Of a stretch of DNA of 64,000 bases, positions 10,567 through 20,899 are shown piece after piece. Made by a program: the position numbers and the translations under genes. A model generated the notes under the pieces. It saw only the letters and a program-made list of their open reading frames with translations, was not told where the DNA came from and ran no database searches. Within the stretch, counting starts at the first letter, position 1; each line of letters opens with the position of its first letter. The DNA lies in the sequence record SRR31156797_4827; one strand, given 5' to 3'.

Positions 10567-11954
10567 TGTTAAAAGAATATCGTACAGTTTCCGAAATTGC
10601 CGGCCCTTTAATGGTGGTCGAAAATGTTCGAGGCGTTAAATTCGACGAACTCGTTGAGGTCCGCATGGACACAGGCGAGATCCGTCAAGGTCAAGTACTG
10701 GAAGTCAGTGATGACAATGCTGTTGTCCAAGTATTTGAAGGTACCAGTAATTTGAGTGCTGAAGAAAGCAAAGCAAGGTTTCTAGGAACTGGTTTAACTT
10801 TAGGGGTTTCTCTAGATATGATGGGTCGGGTTTTTGACGGTTTAGGAAAACCAAAAGATAATGGCCCGAGAATCTTGCCCGAAAAACGCATCGATGTAAA
10901 CGGTGAAGCCATCAATCCGATGGCACGGGACTTCCCGGATGAATTTATCCAAACTGGGATCTCAACGATCGATCATTTAAATACATTAGTTCGTGGACAA
11001 AAATTACCAATCTTTTCTGCTTCTGGTTTGCCTCATAAAGAGATCGCTGCTCAAATCGCACGACAAGCAACAGTACCCAGCCAAGAAGGCAATTTTGCGA
11101 TCGTCTTCGCAGCAATTGGGATTCCGTTTGAAGAAGCTGAATTTTTCGTGGATGAATTCCGCAAAACCGGTGCATTAGATCGATCTGTTTTGTTTATGAA
11201 CCTTGCCAACGATCCAGCAATCGAACGGATCGCTACTCCTAAGATGGCATTGACTGCAGCAGAGTATTTGGCTTTTGAAAAAGGCATGCACGTCTTAGTG
11301 ATCATGACCGATATGACGAACTATTGCGAAGCATTGCGAGAAATCTCCGCTGCCCGCCGAGAAGTTCCGGGACGTCGCGGCTACCCAGGGTATCTATACA
11401 CCAACTTAGCTACACTGTATGAACGGGCAGGACGTTTGATGGGCAAAGAAGGATCGGTTACACAGATTCCGATCTTAACGATGCCAGATGGCGATAAAAC
11501 CCACCCGATTCCTGATTTGACTGGCTATATCACAGAAGGACAAATCATTTTGTCGCGGGACCTTTACAAACGCAATATCAATCCGCCAGTGGATATTTTG
11601 CCAAGTCTTTCTCGGTTGAAGGACAAAGGAACGGGAGAAGGTAAGACCCGTGCAGATCATGCGGCAACGATGAATCAAATTTATGCCGCCTATTCCGATG
11701 GGAAAGCTGCCAAAGAGTTATCGATCGTTTTAGGAGAGTCTGCCTTGTCTGATCTTGATAAAAAGTACGCGCGTTTTGCAGATCTTTTCGAAAAAGAGTA
11801 TGTCAACCAGGGATTTGAAACCAACCGGACGATTGAAGAAACGTTAGATTTAGGCTGGAAGCTATTAGCTACCTTGCCAAAACAAGAGTTGAGCCGTATC
11901 AAAGAAGAATTTATCGACGCCTATTACCCAACGGACGAGGATGTGAGTTCTTAA
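10566..11954 (+). CDS. ntpB: V-type ATPase subunit B
   Basis: [31 protein letters not shown]. Confidence 0.97.
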   Translation: MLKEYRTVSEIAGPLMVVENVRGVKFDELVEVRMDTGEIRQGQVLEVSDDNAVVQVFEGTSNLSAEESKARFLGTGLTLGVSLDMMGRVFDGLGKPKDNGPRILPEKRIDVNGEAINPMARDFPDEFIQTGISTIDHLNTLVRGQKLPIFSASGLPHKEIAAQIARQATVPSQEGNFAIVFAAIGIPFEEAEFFVDEFRKTGALDRSVLFMNLANDPAIERIATPKMALTAAEYLAFEKGMHVLVIMTDMTNYCEALREISAARREVPGRRGYPGYLYTNLATLYERAGRLMGKEGSVTQIPILTMPDGDKTHPIPDLTGYITEGQIILSRDLYKRNINPPVDILPSLSRLKDKGTGEGKTRADHAATMNQIYAAYSDGKAAKELSIVLGESALSDLDKKYARFADLFEKEYVNQGFETNRTIEETLDLGWKLLATLPKQELSRIKEEFIDAYYPTDEDVSS

Positions 11955-12598
11955 TGGCGATCTTAAATGTCAATCCAACTCGGATGGAACTAAGTCGTTT
12001 GAAAAAACGGCTGACGACGGCAACCCGTGGTCACAAATTATTGAAAGACAAGCAAGATGAGCTGGTGCGCCAATTCATTCAGCTAGTAAAGAAAAACCAG
12101 AAGCTTCGTAAAAAAATGGAAACTGCGCTGCAAGCAGGGATGGAAGAGTATGTGCTGGCTTCTAGTAGTATTCCCGATGTCGTTTTGCAAGAAGCATTTA
12201 TGATCCCTTTAAATAAAGTGACCCTAGATGTACAAAGTCGGACCATCATGAATATGGATGTGCCAGTGTTAAATCCTGTTTACGAAGAAGAGAGCTCCGA
12301 TGATGACTTTTCCTACGGTTTTGTAAGTACCACCAGTGAGCTGGATCTCTCGTTGTCTCATCTTGATCAGATGCTGCCAGTGATGCTTCAGTTGGCCGAA
12401 ATCGAGAAAACCTGTCAACTGATGGCCAATGAGATCGAGCGGACGAGGCGAAGAGTCAATGCGTTAGAGTATATGACGATTCCCAAGCTGACGGAAACCA
12501 TTCAATACATCGAAAGCAATCTGGCAGAAGACGAACGAGCAACATTGACCCGCTTGATGAAGGTCACAGATATCATTGCGGAAAATGAAGCAAAGTAA
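11954..12598 (+). CDS. ntpD: V-type ATPase subunit D
   Basis: NVNPTRMEL, RGHKLLKDKQDEL, TRRRVNALEY. Confidence 0.96.
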   Translation: MAILNVNPTRMELSRLKKRLTTATRGHKLLKDKQDELVRQFIQLVKKNQKLRKKMETALQAGMEEYVLASSSIPDVVLQEAFMIPLNKVTLDVQSRTIMNMDVPVLNPVYEEESSDDDFSYGFVSTTSELDLSLSHLDQMLPVMLQLAEIEKTCQLMANEIERTRRRVNALEYMTIPKLTETIQYIESNLAEDERATLTRLMKVTDIIAENEAK

Positions 12599-12625
12599 GG
12601 ATTTTGCCAATCATTTGGAAGAATC

Positions 12626-12668
12626 AAAAAAGGCACGTAGAAGGGGGTTCCTTTCTACGTGTCTTTTT
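12626..12668. terminator. Bidirectional terminator between ntpD and the ABC ATPase
   Basis: AAAAAGGCACGTAGAAGG / CCTTTCTACGTGTCTTTTT inverted repeat between convergent genes. Confidence 0.8.
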
Positions 12669-12673
12669 GCTTG

Positions 12674-13480
12674 TTAAGAGCGTAAGAGCAGTTGGTCATC
12701 TTTTAATTCAGCACCGCTATTTTGATGGAACATTTCCATCAATTCAGGGACGGTTAAATGTTGCTTTTGCTCACCGGCAATATCCACGACGATCTTGCCT
12801 TGATGAAGCATGATCAGGCGATTGCCATAGCGAATGGCATCTTCCATATCATGAGTAACCATGAAGGCCGTCAACTGCTGTGAACGAATCAATTGATCGG
12901 TCAATGCCATGACAGTCAACGAGGTTTTTGGATCTAGGGCAGCGGTATGTTCATCTAATAAAATCAATTTAGGTTGTTGCAACGTTGCCATCAAGAGGGT
13001 AATCGCTTGACGCTGTCCGCCTGATAACAAACCGATCTCGGCAGAAAGACGATTTTCTAAGCCTAAGTTTAGACTGGCTAATTTTTCTTGGAAAAACGCG
13101 CGATTTTTTGCTTTGACGCCTGTCGCAAACCCTCGGACTTGGCCCCGTTTGTAAGCAAGTGCTAAGTTTTCTTCAACAGTCAAACGAACCGCTGTCCCCA
13201 TACGTGGATCTTGAAAGACTCGGCTAATATCCTTTGAGCGTTTCGTAACGGATAAACGGGTGATGTCTTTCCCATCTAAGGTGATTTTTCCTTGTTCTGT
13301 TGGGATCGTTCCTGCAATACTGTTTAAAAGGGTCGATTTTCCGGCACCATTGCCACCGATGATCGTGATAAAATCTCCGGCATTCATCGTCAGGTCAATG
13401 CCTCGCAAGACATGGTTCTCATTGATCGTCCCTTTTTCAAAGGTTTGGTGTAGATTTTCGATTGTTAAGACTGAAGTCAT
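12674..13480 (-). CDS. ABC transporter ATP-binding protein (TrpZ-like amino-acid importer)
   Basis: GGNGAGKST, VFQDPRMGTA, LSGGQRQA, LLDEHTAALDP. Confidence 0.9.
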   Translation of the reverse strand: MTSVLTIENLHQTFEKGTINENHVLRGIDLTMNAGDFITIIGGNGAGKSTLLNSIAGTIPTEQGKITLDGKDITRLSVTKRSKDISRVFQDPRMGTAVRLTVEENLALAYKRGQVRGFATGVKAKNRAFFQEKLASLNLGLENRLSAEIGLLSGGQRQAITLLMATLQQPKLILLDEHTAALDPKTSLTVMALTDQLIRSQQLTAFMVTHDMEDAIRYGNRLIMLHQGKIVVDIAGEQKQHLTVPELMEMFHQNSGAELKDDQLLLRS

Positions 13481-14400
13481 TAGGATTGGCCTCCTTTGGT
13501 TTTTGGCAGCATCTTTTTAAGTCCTAGTTTTGAACGAAGCTGCGGTAACGAGAGGCAGATGACTAAGACGATTGCGGATGCCAGTTTGATATCATTGGCT
13601 TCGACATTGAACTCGAAAACGACGGCCAGGATAAAGCGATAAACGATCGCTCCAATCACGATGGTGATCAACCGCAAAAGCAAAGATTTATTGGCAAATA
13701 AAACTTCTGCAATAATGATCGATGCTAAGCCAATCACGATCGTACCGATTCCGGAGTTTAGGTCAGCAAAACCGTTGTTTTGGGCTAAAAGAGCACCTGA
13801 AAGGGCGATACAGCCGTTAGAGATCATGTAACCGATGATCTTCATATTATCGGTGTTGATGCCGTTGGCTTCACTCATAGCTAAATTATCGCCTGTTGCG
13901 CGCAATGCTAAGCCGATCTCTGTACGGAAAAAGAGGAACAAGCACAAAATGACGATAGCTGCGAAGAGAAAGCCCGCAAGAATCACGGCATTGTTTTTGG
14001 TCAGACCCATTGCTTGAAATTGGGTGAAGACCGTGTCTTGTCCTAACAAGGCAATGTTGGGAGCACCCATCACACGATTTGTGATGGAATAAAGCCCAGT
14101 CATCGTGATGATCCCGGCCAACAAGGCTGGGATCTTTAGTTTTGTATGCAGTAGTCCGGATACCAAGCCGGCTAACATGCCACCGCCAAAGCCCATCAAA
14201 CTGGCTAGTATGGGGGAGACGCCATTCGTAATACTGATTGCAGCGATCCCTGCACCTAATGGAAAACTTCCTTCTGCAGTTAAATCAGCGATATCCAGAA
14301 TACGGAAGGTCAAAAATACTCCGATTGCCAGCAATGCCCAAAGGATCCCTTGAGAGGTGGCAGATTGTAGTAATAGTAAGAACGTGTCGACTAAATTCAT
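13480..14400 (-). CDS. ABC transporter permease (TrpY-like, BPD_transp_2 type)
   Basis: FRILDIADLTAEGSFPLG, GLALRATGDN, GTIVIGLASIII. Confidence 0.9.
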   Translation of the reverse strand: MNLVDTFLLLLQSATSQGILWALLAIGVFLTFRILDIADLTAEGSFPLGAGIAAISITNGVSPILASLMGFGGGMLAGLVSGLLHTKLKIPALLAGIITMTGLYSITNRVMGAPNIALLGQDTVFTQFQAMGLTKNNAVILAGFLFAAIVILCLFLFFRTEIGLALRATGDNLAMSEANGINTDNMKIIGYMISNGCIALSGALLAQNNGFADLNSGIGTIVIGLASIIIAEVLFANKSLLLRLITIVIGAIVYRFILAVVFEFNVEANDIKLASAIVLVICLSLPQLRSKLGLKKMLPKTKGGQS

Positions 14401-14429
14401 ATGATTTCCTCAAATCTAAAATAGTATGG

Positions 14430-15407
14430 TTATTCTGGGGCAGTGATGCTGGCAGGATCAATCCCTAAAGCTGCAGCCATTTCTTCATTGACGACTAACT
14501 CTAAATTCTCCGCTGTTTCAACGGGTGTGGTAGCTGGTTCTGCATCGCCATCTAAAATTTTTGCTGCTAGTTTTCCTGTTTGAATGCCTAGTGATTTATA
14601 GTCAATACCATAAGTTGCTAGAGCTCCATCATCGACTTGTTCCACGGAACCTGCGACGATCGGTGTTTTGGTTTCTTTCGCCACTTCACCGACGATTGCA
14701 GCAGCAGAGGCAAAGGTATTATCTGTTGGAATATAAATGCCATCGACATCTTTTGCCAGGCTAGTGGTCACTTGCTGCACATCATTGGTGGTATTGGCGG
14801 TCAATACTTTAACGTCGACTCCAGCAGCTTTTAAGGCTTCTTCTGCCAAGTCTGCTTGAATTTTCGAGTTAGCTTCACCTGCATTATACATAATGCCGAT
14901 CGTCTTGGCGTCAGGGACGATGCTTAACAGCAAATTGATCTGCTGCTCAATGGGTACCATGTCTGACGTACCGGTGATGTTGCGACCGGGTTCTTCATTT
15001 GAGTCGGCTAATTTTGCCCCAACTAAGTCAGTAACTGCGGTAACCACGATTGGGGTATCAGTGGTTTCATTTGCTAACGAAACAGCAGCAGGCGTAGCGA
15101 TGCCCAATAAAAGATCAGGGTTGGCATTCACTAGGCGTTCGCTCATACTTTTTAAGTTGTCTTGACTGTTTTGCGCATTTTGGTATTCGATCATCAGGTT
15201 TTCACCTTCTGTGTAGCCCGCTTCTGCTAAGCCTTCTTTAAATCCTTCGTAGGCGGCATTCAAGGAGCCATGTTCCACGAGTTGCAAGACACCGACTGTT
15301 TTTGATCCGTCGTTTCCCTCAGAAGCATTGTTTGATTCCCCACAAGCTGCCAGTGCCAGTAGTGAAGCCGTTAATAATCCAGTTGTGATCCATTTTTTCA
15401 TTTTCAT
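14430..15407 (-). CDS. ABC substrate-binding lipoprotein (TrpX-like, aromatic amino-acid binding family)
   Basis: Lipobox LAAC; QLVEHGSL, IATPAA, TAVTD, NITGTSD, YIPTDN. Confidence 0.88.
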   Translation of the reverse strand: MKMKKWITTGLLTASLLALAACGESNNASEGNDGSKTVGVLQLVEHGSLNAAYEGFKEGLAEAGYTEGENLMIEYQNAQNSQDNLKSMSERLVNANPDLLLGIATPAAVSLANETTDTPIVVTAVTDLVGAKLADSNEEPGRNITGTSDMVPIEQQINLLLSIVPDAKTIGIMYNAGEANSKIQADLAEEALKAAGVDVKVLTANTTNDVQQVTTSLAKDVDGIYIPTDNTFASAAAIVGEVAKETKTPIVAGSVEQVDDGALATYGIDYKSLGIQTGKLAAKILDGDAEPATTPVETAENLELVVNEEMAAALGIDPASITAPE

Positions 15408-15456
15408 TGTAACTCCTCCTATAAACGTTTCTTTTTTAATTGGGGTTTACCTGAAC

Positions 15457-15491
15457 AAAAAAATCCATTCAGACAATCGTCTAAATGGATT
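15457..15491 (-). terminator. Attenuator terminator in the ABC importer leader
   Basis: Minus strand reads AATCCATTTAGAC-GATT-GTCTGAATGGATT then a T run, about 50 nt before the first ABC gene and downstream of its promoter. Confidence 0.8.
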
Positions 15492-15639
15492 CGATCCTAT
15501 ACCAAGCGTAAACGTATATTGGCAACCATTTAGAAGATTTTCTACATGGCTGCAAGTTCAAGTTAAAATGCTTTAGCCATCATAGATACAAACAAAACTC
15601 GTTTTGCGGTTTGCATCCATAATGTGTTATGAATACAAA

Positions 15640-15699
15640 CTATCTAAAGTAGCTAAAGTAAAAGATATTCAGTTGTGGGGACACGGTCGTTTTTAACAT
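15640..15699 (-). CDS. Phe/Tyr-rich leader peptide MLKTTVSPQLNIFYFSYFR (19 aa)
   Basis: Translated by hand. GGAGG lies 9 nt upstream of the ATG; 5 aromatic codons in the 6 before the final Arg; lies between the promoter and the terminator. Confidence 0.8.
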   Translation of the reverse strand: MLKTTVSPQLNIFYFSYFR

Positions 15700-15730
15700 A
15701 AAAAAGTTCCTCCATACTTGAATTGTTTTT

Positions 15731-15786
15731 AGTATAGACAAAAAAAAGCGGACTGTCAAATGTTTTTCCTGAATTATCTGAAAATT
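15731..15786 (-). promoter_or_regulatory. SigA promoter with adjacent CodY box for the ABC importer operon
   Basis: TTGACA (15759-15754), 17 nt, TATACT (15736-15731). AATTATCTGAAAATT (15772-15786) has 1 mismatch to AATTTTCWGAAAATT. Confidence 0.8.
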
Positions 15787-15907
15787 TTTGAATAACAATC
15801 AGAAAAAGTCTGAAAAAGATGCTTTGTTTCAACAAATTAAAAAGAAAGAAAAAAACTTTGTTTCATCAAGCTTTCTTGCTTGAAAATAAACAAAGTTTTT
15901 CTAAACA

Positions 15908-17068
15908 TCACTCGTTTTCTTCTTTATAATAACGAATGGTATTTTTGATTTCACGAATACTGTAAAGCAGATCATCCTCAAAGGATTGATCTTGATCAAT
16001 ATCGATGGTCTCATTGAACATTGCTTCGTATTCAGCGATCGTTAGTTTTTGACGGGCATCAAGTAACGTTTGGTGAGCAGCTTGTGCTAACTGTTTTTCA
16101 TAACCGGGTACCAATACGCCGCTGAAAAATTCAGCAACCGCTCCTGAGCCGTAACTAAACAGTCCTATCCGATCATTGGCTTGCAAGCTGGAGGAATTTT
16201 CTAATAAAGAGATCAAGCCTAGGTACAATGAACCCGTATACAAGTTGCCGGTCCGACGACTGTAAACGATCGATTCTTCATAGCGAGCCATCAGGCGTTC
16301 TTGTTGCGTTTCTTCTTCTTCGGCAAAAACAGCCAATAAGGCTTTTTTTCCCATTTTTGTATAAGGAATATGGAAACTCAATGCAGCGTAATCTTTTGCT
16401 GTGCGTTGCGTTTTTTCGCAATGGGCTTGCCAAACTTGTTTAAAGGAATCGATATAGACGGCATTTGACAAGTGGCCATCTACCATTGGATATTGATGAC
16501 CAACGGGACGCCAAAAATCATAAATGTCTTGCGTCAACATCAAATTATCGTTATCCAACTGCAAAATCGCTGGATCTGCAGAGATCAGCATAGCAACTGC
16601 ACCTACGCCTTGAGTGGGCTCTCCACCGGAAGCTAAGCCATACCGGGCGATGTCTGAAGCCACCACCAAAACTTTGCTTTTTGGATTGGCTTGTACGTGG
16701 GCTTTAGCAAACTGTAAGCCTGCTGTTGCGCCATAACACGCTTCTTTGATTTCAAAGGAGCGGGCAAATGGTTGAATACCCAATAGGCGATGCAAAACCA
16801 CTGCCGAAGCCTTTGATTCATCGATGCCGGATTCTGTGCCGACGATCACCATATCAATTGCTTGTAAATCTTCTTTTGTGAGGATATCTTTTGCCGCATG
16901 CATGGCAAAGGTGACGATATCTTGCGTTTTTTTATTGACCGCCATTTGATCTTGACCGATCCCGATCGTAAATTTATTTGGGTCGACCTCTCGGGCGTGA
17001 GCTAGATCAACCATATCTATAAAATAGGGGGGGACATAAAAATTTATTTTATCAATACCAACGTTCAT
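15908..17068 (-). CDS. mvaS: HMG-CoA synthase
   Basis: GTESGID, EIKEACYGATAG, FHIPYTKMGKK, GNLYTGSL, SYGSG. Confidence 0.97.
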   Translation of the reverse strand: MNVGIDKINFYVPPYFIDMVDLAHAREVDPNKFTIGIGQDQMAVNKKTQDIVTFAMHAAKDILTKEDLQAIDMVIVGTESGIDESKASAVVLHRLLGIQPFARSFEIKEACYGATAGLQFAKAHVQANPKSKVLVVASDIARYGLASGGEPTQGVGAVAMLISADPAILQLDNDNLMLTQDIYDFWRPVGHQYPMVDGHLSNAVYIDSFKQVWQAHCEKTQRTAKDYAALSFHIPYTKMGKKALLAVFAEEEETQQERLMARYEESIVYSRRTGNLYTGSLYLGLISLLENSSSLQANDRIGLFSYGSGAVAEFFSGVLVPGYEKQLAQAAHQTLLDARQKLTIAEYEAMFNETIDIDQDQSFEDDLLYSIREIKNTIRYYKEENE

Positions 17069-17260
17069 TCTGTCGCTCCTTTATGTTCTACGTACTTAGT
17101 AGGCTACACGTTCTAAGGTATCATATTTTTTGAAAAAAATGAAAAAGAATTGATTAGAATTTAAACTTTATTAAAGAAAGTAGAAAAGGGCACAGCAAGC
17201 TGATGTGGGGTATTCTTTTTTGGAGGATTTAATGATATATTTCAAGAGGAGGTGACGTAC

Positions 17261-19735
17261 GTGGAAGAAGTTGTCATTATCGACGCACTAAGAACGCCAA
17301 TTGGCAAATACCATGGGTCATTAAAAGAATATTCAGCAGTAGAATTAGGAACAATTGCTGCGAAAGCCTTGTTGGCAAGAAACCAACAAGCAAAAGAACA
17401 TATCGCACAAGTGATTATCGGAAATGTCCTGCAAGCAGGCAGTGGGCAAAATCCAAGTCGCCAAGTTTCCCTGCAAAGTGGGCTTTCTTCAGATATTCCA
17501 GCCTCAACGATCAACGAAGTTTGCGGTTCGGGAATGAAAGCGATTCTAATGGGCATGGAGCAAATTCAGTTAAACAAGGCATCAGTCGTCTTGACTGGTG
17601 GGATCGAAAGTATGACGAATGCGCCGCTATTCAGTTATTATAACAAGGCGGATGATCAGTATTCAAATCCAGTATCAACAATGATGCATGATGGCTTAAC
17701 AGACGCTTTTAGTAGCAAACCGATGGGCTTAACGGCTGAGACTGTTGCAGAAAGATATGGCATCACTCGACAAGAACAAGATGAATTTGCCTACCACTCC
17801 CAAATGAAGGCTGCCAAAGCACAAGCGGAAAAGAAATTTGAGCAAGAGATCGTACCCGTGACCGAAAAGTCTGCTACCGTTTCCCAGGATGAAGGCATTC
17901 GCGCCGCTACGACAGTCGAAAAATTAGCTGAACTAAAAACGGTTTTCAAAAAGGACGGTACGGTGACTGCTGGGAATGCCTCAACCATCAATGATGGGGC
18001 TGCCATGGTCTTGATCGCCTCAAAAAGCTATTGTGAGGAGCATCAGATTCCTTATCTGGCAGTGATCAAAGAGATCGTTGAAGTTGGCTTTGCCCCAGAG
18101 ATCATGGGAATCTCACCAATCAAAGCAATCGATACTTTGCTGAAAAAGCAAGCACTGTCGATTGAAGACATCGGTATTTTTGAAATCAATGAAGCCTTTG
18201 CAGCTTCCTCGATCGTAGTAGAACGTGAACTTGGTTTGGATCCCAAGAAAGTCAACCGTTACGGTGGGGGCATTTCCCTTGGCCATGCGATTGGAGCAAC
18301 CGGTGCTCGGATCGCAACGACCGTCGCTTATCAGCTAAAAGACACACAAGAACGTTATGGGATCGCCTCTTTATGTGTCGGTGGCGGGTTAGGGCTAGCG
18401 ATGCTGTTAGAAAACTCTTCGGCGGCAGCAAGTCAAGCCGATTTTCATGAAGAGTCGGCATCAGAAAAAACAGAAAAAAAAAAGTTTTACGCCCTTACGC
18501 CTAACGAACGACTAACCTTTCTTGAAGCACAAGGGGCGATCACAGCAGCCGAATCCTTGGTTTTTCAAGAAATGGCATTAGACAAGGAAACTTCCAATCA
18601 CTTGATCGAAAACCAGATCAGTGAAGTGGAGATTCCCTTAGGTGTGGGGTTGAATCTGCAAGTGAATGGCAAGAGATACAATGTCCCGTTAGCCACAGAA
18701 GAACCTTCTGTGATTGCAGCGATGAGCAATGGAGCAAAAATGGCTGGGCCCATTACAACGACCAGTCAAGAACGTTTGCTTCGAGGCCAGATCGTCTTTA
18801 TGACTGTTCAGGACCCGGATGCCATTTTGGCAAAAGTCAACACAGAGCAAGCGGCGATTTTTGCAGTGGCGAACGCGGCGTATCCCTCGATCGTAAAACG
18901 CGGTGGGGGCTTACGACGAGTGATTAGTCGGAACTTCTCGCCAACAGAATCTGAATTAGCAACAGCCTATGTCTCAATCGATTTGTTGGTTGATGTCAAA
19001 GATGCCATGGGCGCCAACATCATCAATTCGATTTTAGAAGGAGTGGCCGACCTCTTTCGGAAGTGGTTCCCAGAAGAAGAAATTCTCTTTAGTATTTTAA
19101 GTAATCTTGCCACGGAATCGTTAGTAACAGCCACTTGCTCCGTGCCTTTTGACAAACTGAGCAAGATCGGAAAGGGTAGACAAGTTGCCGAAAAAATCGT
19201 TCATGCAGCTGATTTTGCCAAGATTGATCCATATCGTGCCGCCACCCATAACAAAGGGATCATGAATGGCGTTGAAGCGCTGATTTTGGCTACCGGAAAT
19301 GACACTCGCGCCGTTTCGGCAGCTTGTCATGGCTATGCTGCCCGTAATGGTCGCATGCAAGGGCTGACTTCTTGGAAAATAGTAGAAGACCGTTTGATTG
19401 GTAGTATCACACTTCCGTTGGCGATCGCCACAGTCGGGGGTGCCACAAAAGTATTGCCAAAAGCCCAAGCGGCGTTGGCTTTGACCGGTGTTGAAACGGC
19501 GAGTGAGTTAGCTTCGCTGGCGGCAAGTGTCGGGTTGGCTCAGAATCTGGCAGCTTTGCGGGCATTGGTTTCAGAAGGAATTCAGCAAGGCCATATGAGC
19601 ATGCAAGCCCGTTCATTAGCTATTTCAGTTGGGGCAAAAGGAACTGAGATCGATCAGCTGGCAGCTAAGCTGCGAGCGGCGAGTCAAATGAACCAAGAGC
19701 AAGCCCGTAAATTTTTAACAGAAATACGCAACTAA
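17261..19735 (+). CDS. mvaE: Bifunctional acetyl-CoA acetyltransferase / HMG-CoA reductase
   Basis: Thiolase motifs (NEVCGSG, NEAFAA, GHAIGATG, CVGGG) fused to class II reductase motifs (ATEEPSVIAA, DAMGAN, RAATHNKG). GTG 17261 follows GGAGGTG. Confidence 0.97.
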   Translation: MEEVVIIDALRTPIGKYHGSLKEYSAVELGTIAAKALLARNQQAKEHIAQVIIGNVLQAGSGQNPSRQVSLQSGLSSDIPASTINEVCGSGMKAILMGMEQIQLNKASVVLTGGIESMTNAPLFSYYNKADDQYSNPVSTMMHDGLTDAFSSKPMGLTAETVAERYGITRQEQDEFAYHSQMKAAKAQAEKKFEQEIVPVTEKSATVSQDEGIRAATTVEKLAELKTVFKKDGTVTAGNASTINDGAAMVLIASKSYCEEHQIPYLAVIKEIVEVGFAPEIMGISPIKAIDTLLKKQALSIEDIGIFEINEAFAASSIVVERELGLDPKKVNRYGGGISLGHAIGATGARIATTVAYQLKDTQERYGIASLCVGGGLGLAMLLENSSAAASQADFHEESASEKTEKKKFYALTPNERLTFLEAQGAITAAESLVFQEMALDKETSNHLIENQISEVEIPLGVGLNLQVNGKRYNVPLATEEPSVIAAMSNGAKMAGPITTTSQERLLRGQIVFMTVQDPDAILAKVNTEQAAIFAVANAAYPSIVKRGGGLRRVISRNFSPTESELATAYVSIDLLVDVKDAMGANIINSILEGVADLFRKWFPEEEILFSILSNLATESLVTATCSVPFDKLSKIGKGRQVAEKIVHAADFAKIDPYRAATHNKGIMNGVEALILATGNDTRAVSAACHGYAARNGRMQGLTSWKIVEDRLIGSITLPLAIATVGGATKVLPKAQAALALTGVETASELASLAASVGLAQNLAALRALVSEGIQQGHMSMQARSLAISVGAKGTEIDQLAAKLRAASQMNQEQARKFLTEIRN

Positions 19736-19771
19736 AAAAGGTTCTCTAGGGAAATTCCTAGAGAACCTTTT
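19736..19771. terminator. Bidirectional terminator
   Basis: AAAAGGTTCTCTAGG / CCTAGAGAACCTTTT inverted repeat between convergent genes. Confidence 0.85.
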
Positions 19772-19773
19772 GT

Positions 19774-20478
19774 TTATCGTTTAGAAATCGCCGTGTGGGC
19801 ATACGCCTCGATCAATGGAATGACTTCTAGTTTAACTTTGTATTTGCGTTCTAGAGCGGTTTCGATGGTAAAAGTATCACTTTCTGTTTCAGAAATTGTT
19901 GCTAGAACACGATCTTCTTTCGGGGAAGCTTCGATCACGGTCGTTTCTCCTGAAGATTGTTTTGCAGAAAATTTAGGGAATGCTGCGATTTTTTCGGCAA
20001 ATGCTGAAAAAGTCATGGATTCGTCAGAATCATCAGCCGTTGATTTTTCCACTTCTTTAGTTTTAGTTGATGCAGGTATAGTTGGTGCCGTTTCTTCCTT
20101 CACTTCTGCTGGTTCTTTCGCAGGAGCGGAGGTAGGTGCCGCACTTTCTTGCGGATTGGTCGGTAACCAGTAAGCAGCGATCTCATCGACTAAGTTATCG
20201 CTGAAACGATCAAGTAAGCCAGCTTCTAAGCGTTGAATTCGTTTCACGACGATTTTGAAGTTCTCATCTAAAGGAACAGCGATTTTTTGTTCTTTGGGTG
20301 TTTCCTTCAACAATTCAATCAATAATTCCTCTTGATTTTTAGGATTGATATAAACAGTTGTCGGAAGGTCGAACTTATCTGCTGTTTTGCGCTCGATCGC
20401 TGTAAACAACTGTTGTCGAGCTGTTTCATAAGACGGGCGGAATTGTTGTTTCAATTTTGCTAATTGTTTCTTTTTCAT
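19774..20478 (-). CDS. Hypothetical protein (two domains joined by a P/A/E/T-rich linker)
   Basis: 234-aa ORF with GAGGAG RBS; no family recognised. Confidence 0.75.
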   Translation of the reverse strand: MKKKQLAKLKQQFRPSYETARQQLFTAIERKTADKFDLPTTVYINPKNQEELLIELLKETPKEQKIAVPLDENFKIVVKRIQRLEAGLLDRFSDNLVDEIAAYWLPTNPQESAAPTSAPAKEPAEVKEETAPTIPASTKTKEVEKSTADDSDESMTFSAFAEKIAAFPKFSAKQSSGETTVIEASPKEDRVLATISETESDTFTIETALERKYKVKLEVIPLIEAYAHTAISKR

Positions 20479-20592
20479 AATCTTCTCCTCTCGATCACTA
20501 TCGATTATAAGGAAAATTTGCAGAAAAGAACAGTCATTCTCATGAAAAAATACAAAAAAAATTATATATTTCCTGAAAAAACGCCAGCGCTG

Positions 20593-20874
20593 CTAAAGAA
20601 GCGGCGTTGGCGTTTCTACTAGATCATTGATTTGATGGTACTTAGGCATTAGGATCAAAAGCTCCTTGTCTCCAGTGGCGACTAAGTAGTTTTCCCAAAG
20701 AAAAAAGCGTACTTCCCCAGTGAGTTTCTCAGCCAGCATCTGCTGATAGTCGCTAGACGACCATTGACGCGCCGGAAAATGTTGGACTTTGTCTGGCCAT
20801 ACAAGAAAAACAAAATCAGCATGTAAGGCTTTTTGAACAGCAGGGGAGAGGTGAATCAAATCAGTTGTCTTCAT
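20593..20874 (-). CDS. Hypothetical protein (93 aa)
   Basis: ATG 20874 with AAGGAG RBS, directly downstream of the aldo/keto reductase. Confidence 0.7.
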   Translation of the reverse strand: MKTTDLIHLSPAVQKALHADFVFLVWPDKVQHFPARQWSSSDYQQMLAEKLTGEVRFFLWENYLVATGDKELLILMPKYHQINDLVETPTPLL

Positions 20875-20899
20875 AGGCTTCTCCTTATAGAGAGTAAAA

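Noticed and set aside
15563-15616. Second uORF MQTAKRVLFVSMMAKAF in the ABC leader
   Set aside because: It has no Shine-Dalgarno, its start is buried in paired segment S2, and it shows no informative codon bias.
15408-15730. T-box riboswitch upstream of the ABC importer
   Set aside because: No AAnnnGGGTGGnACC(G/A)CG T-box sequence or AGGA/GnTG stem I motifs were found; the leader-peptide model explains the region.
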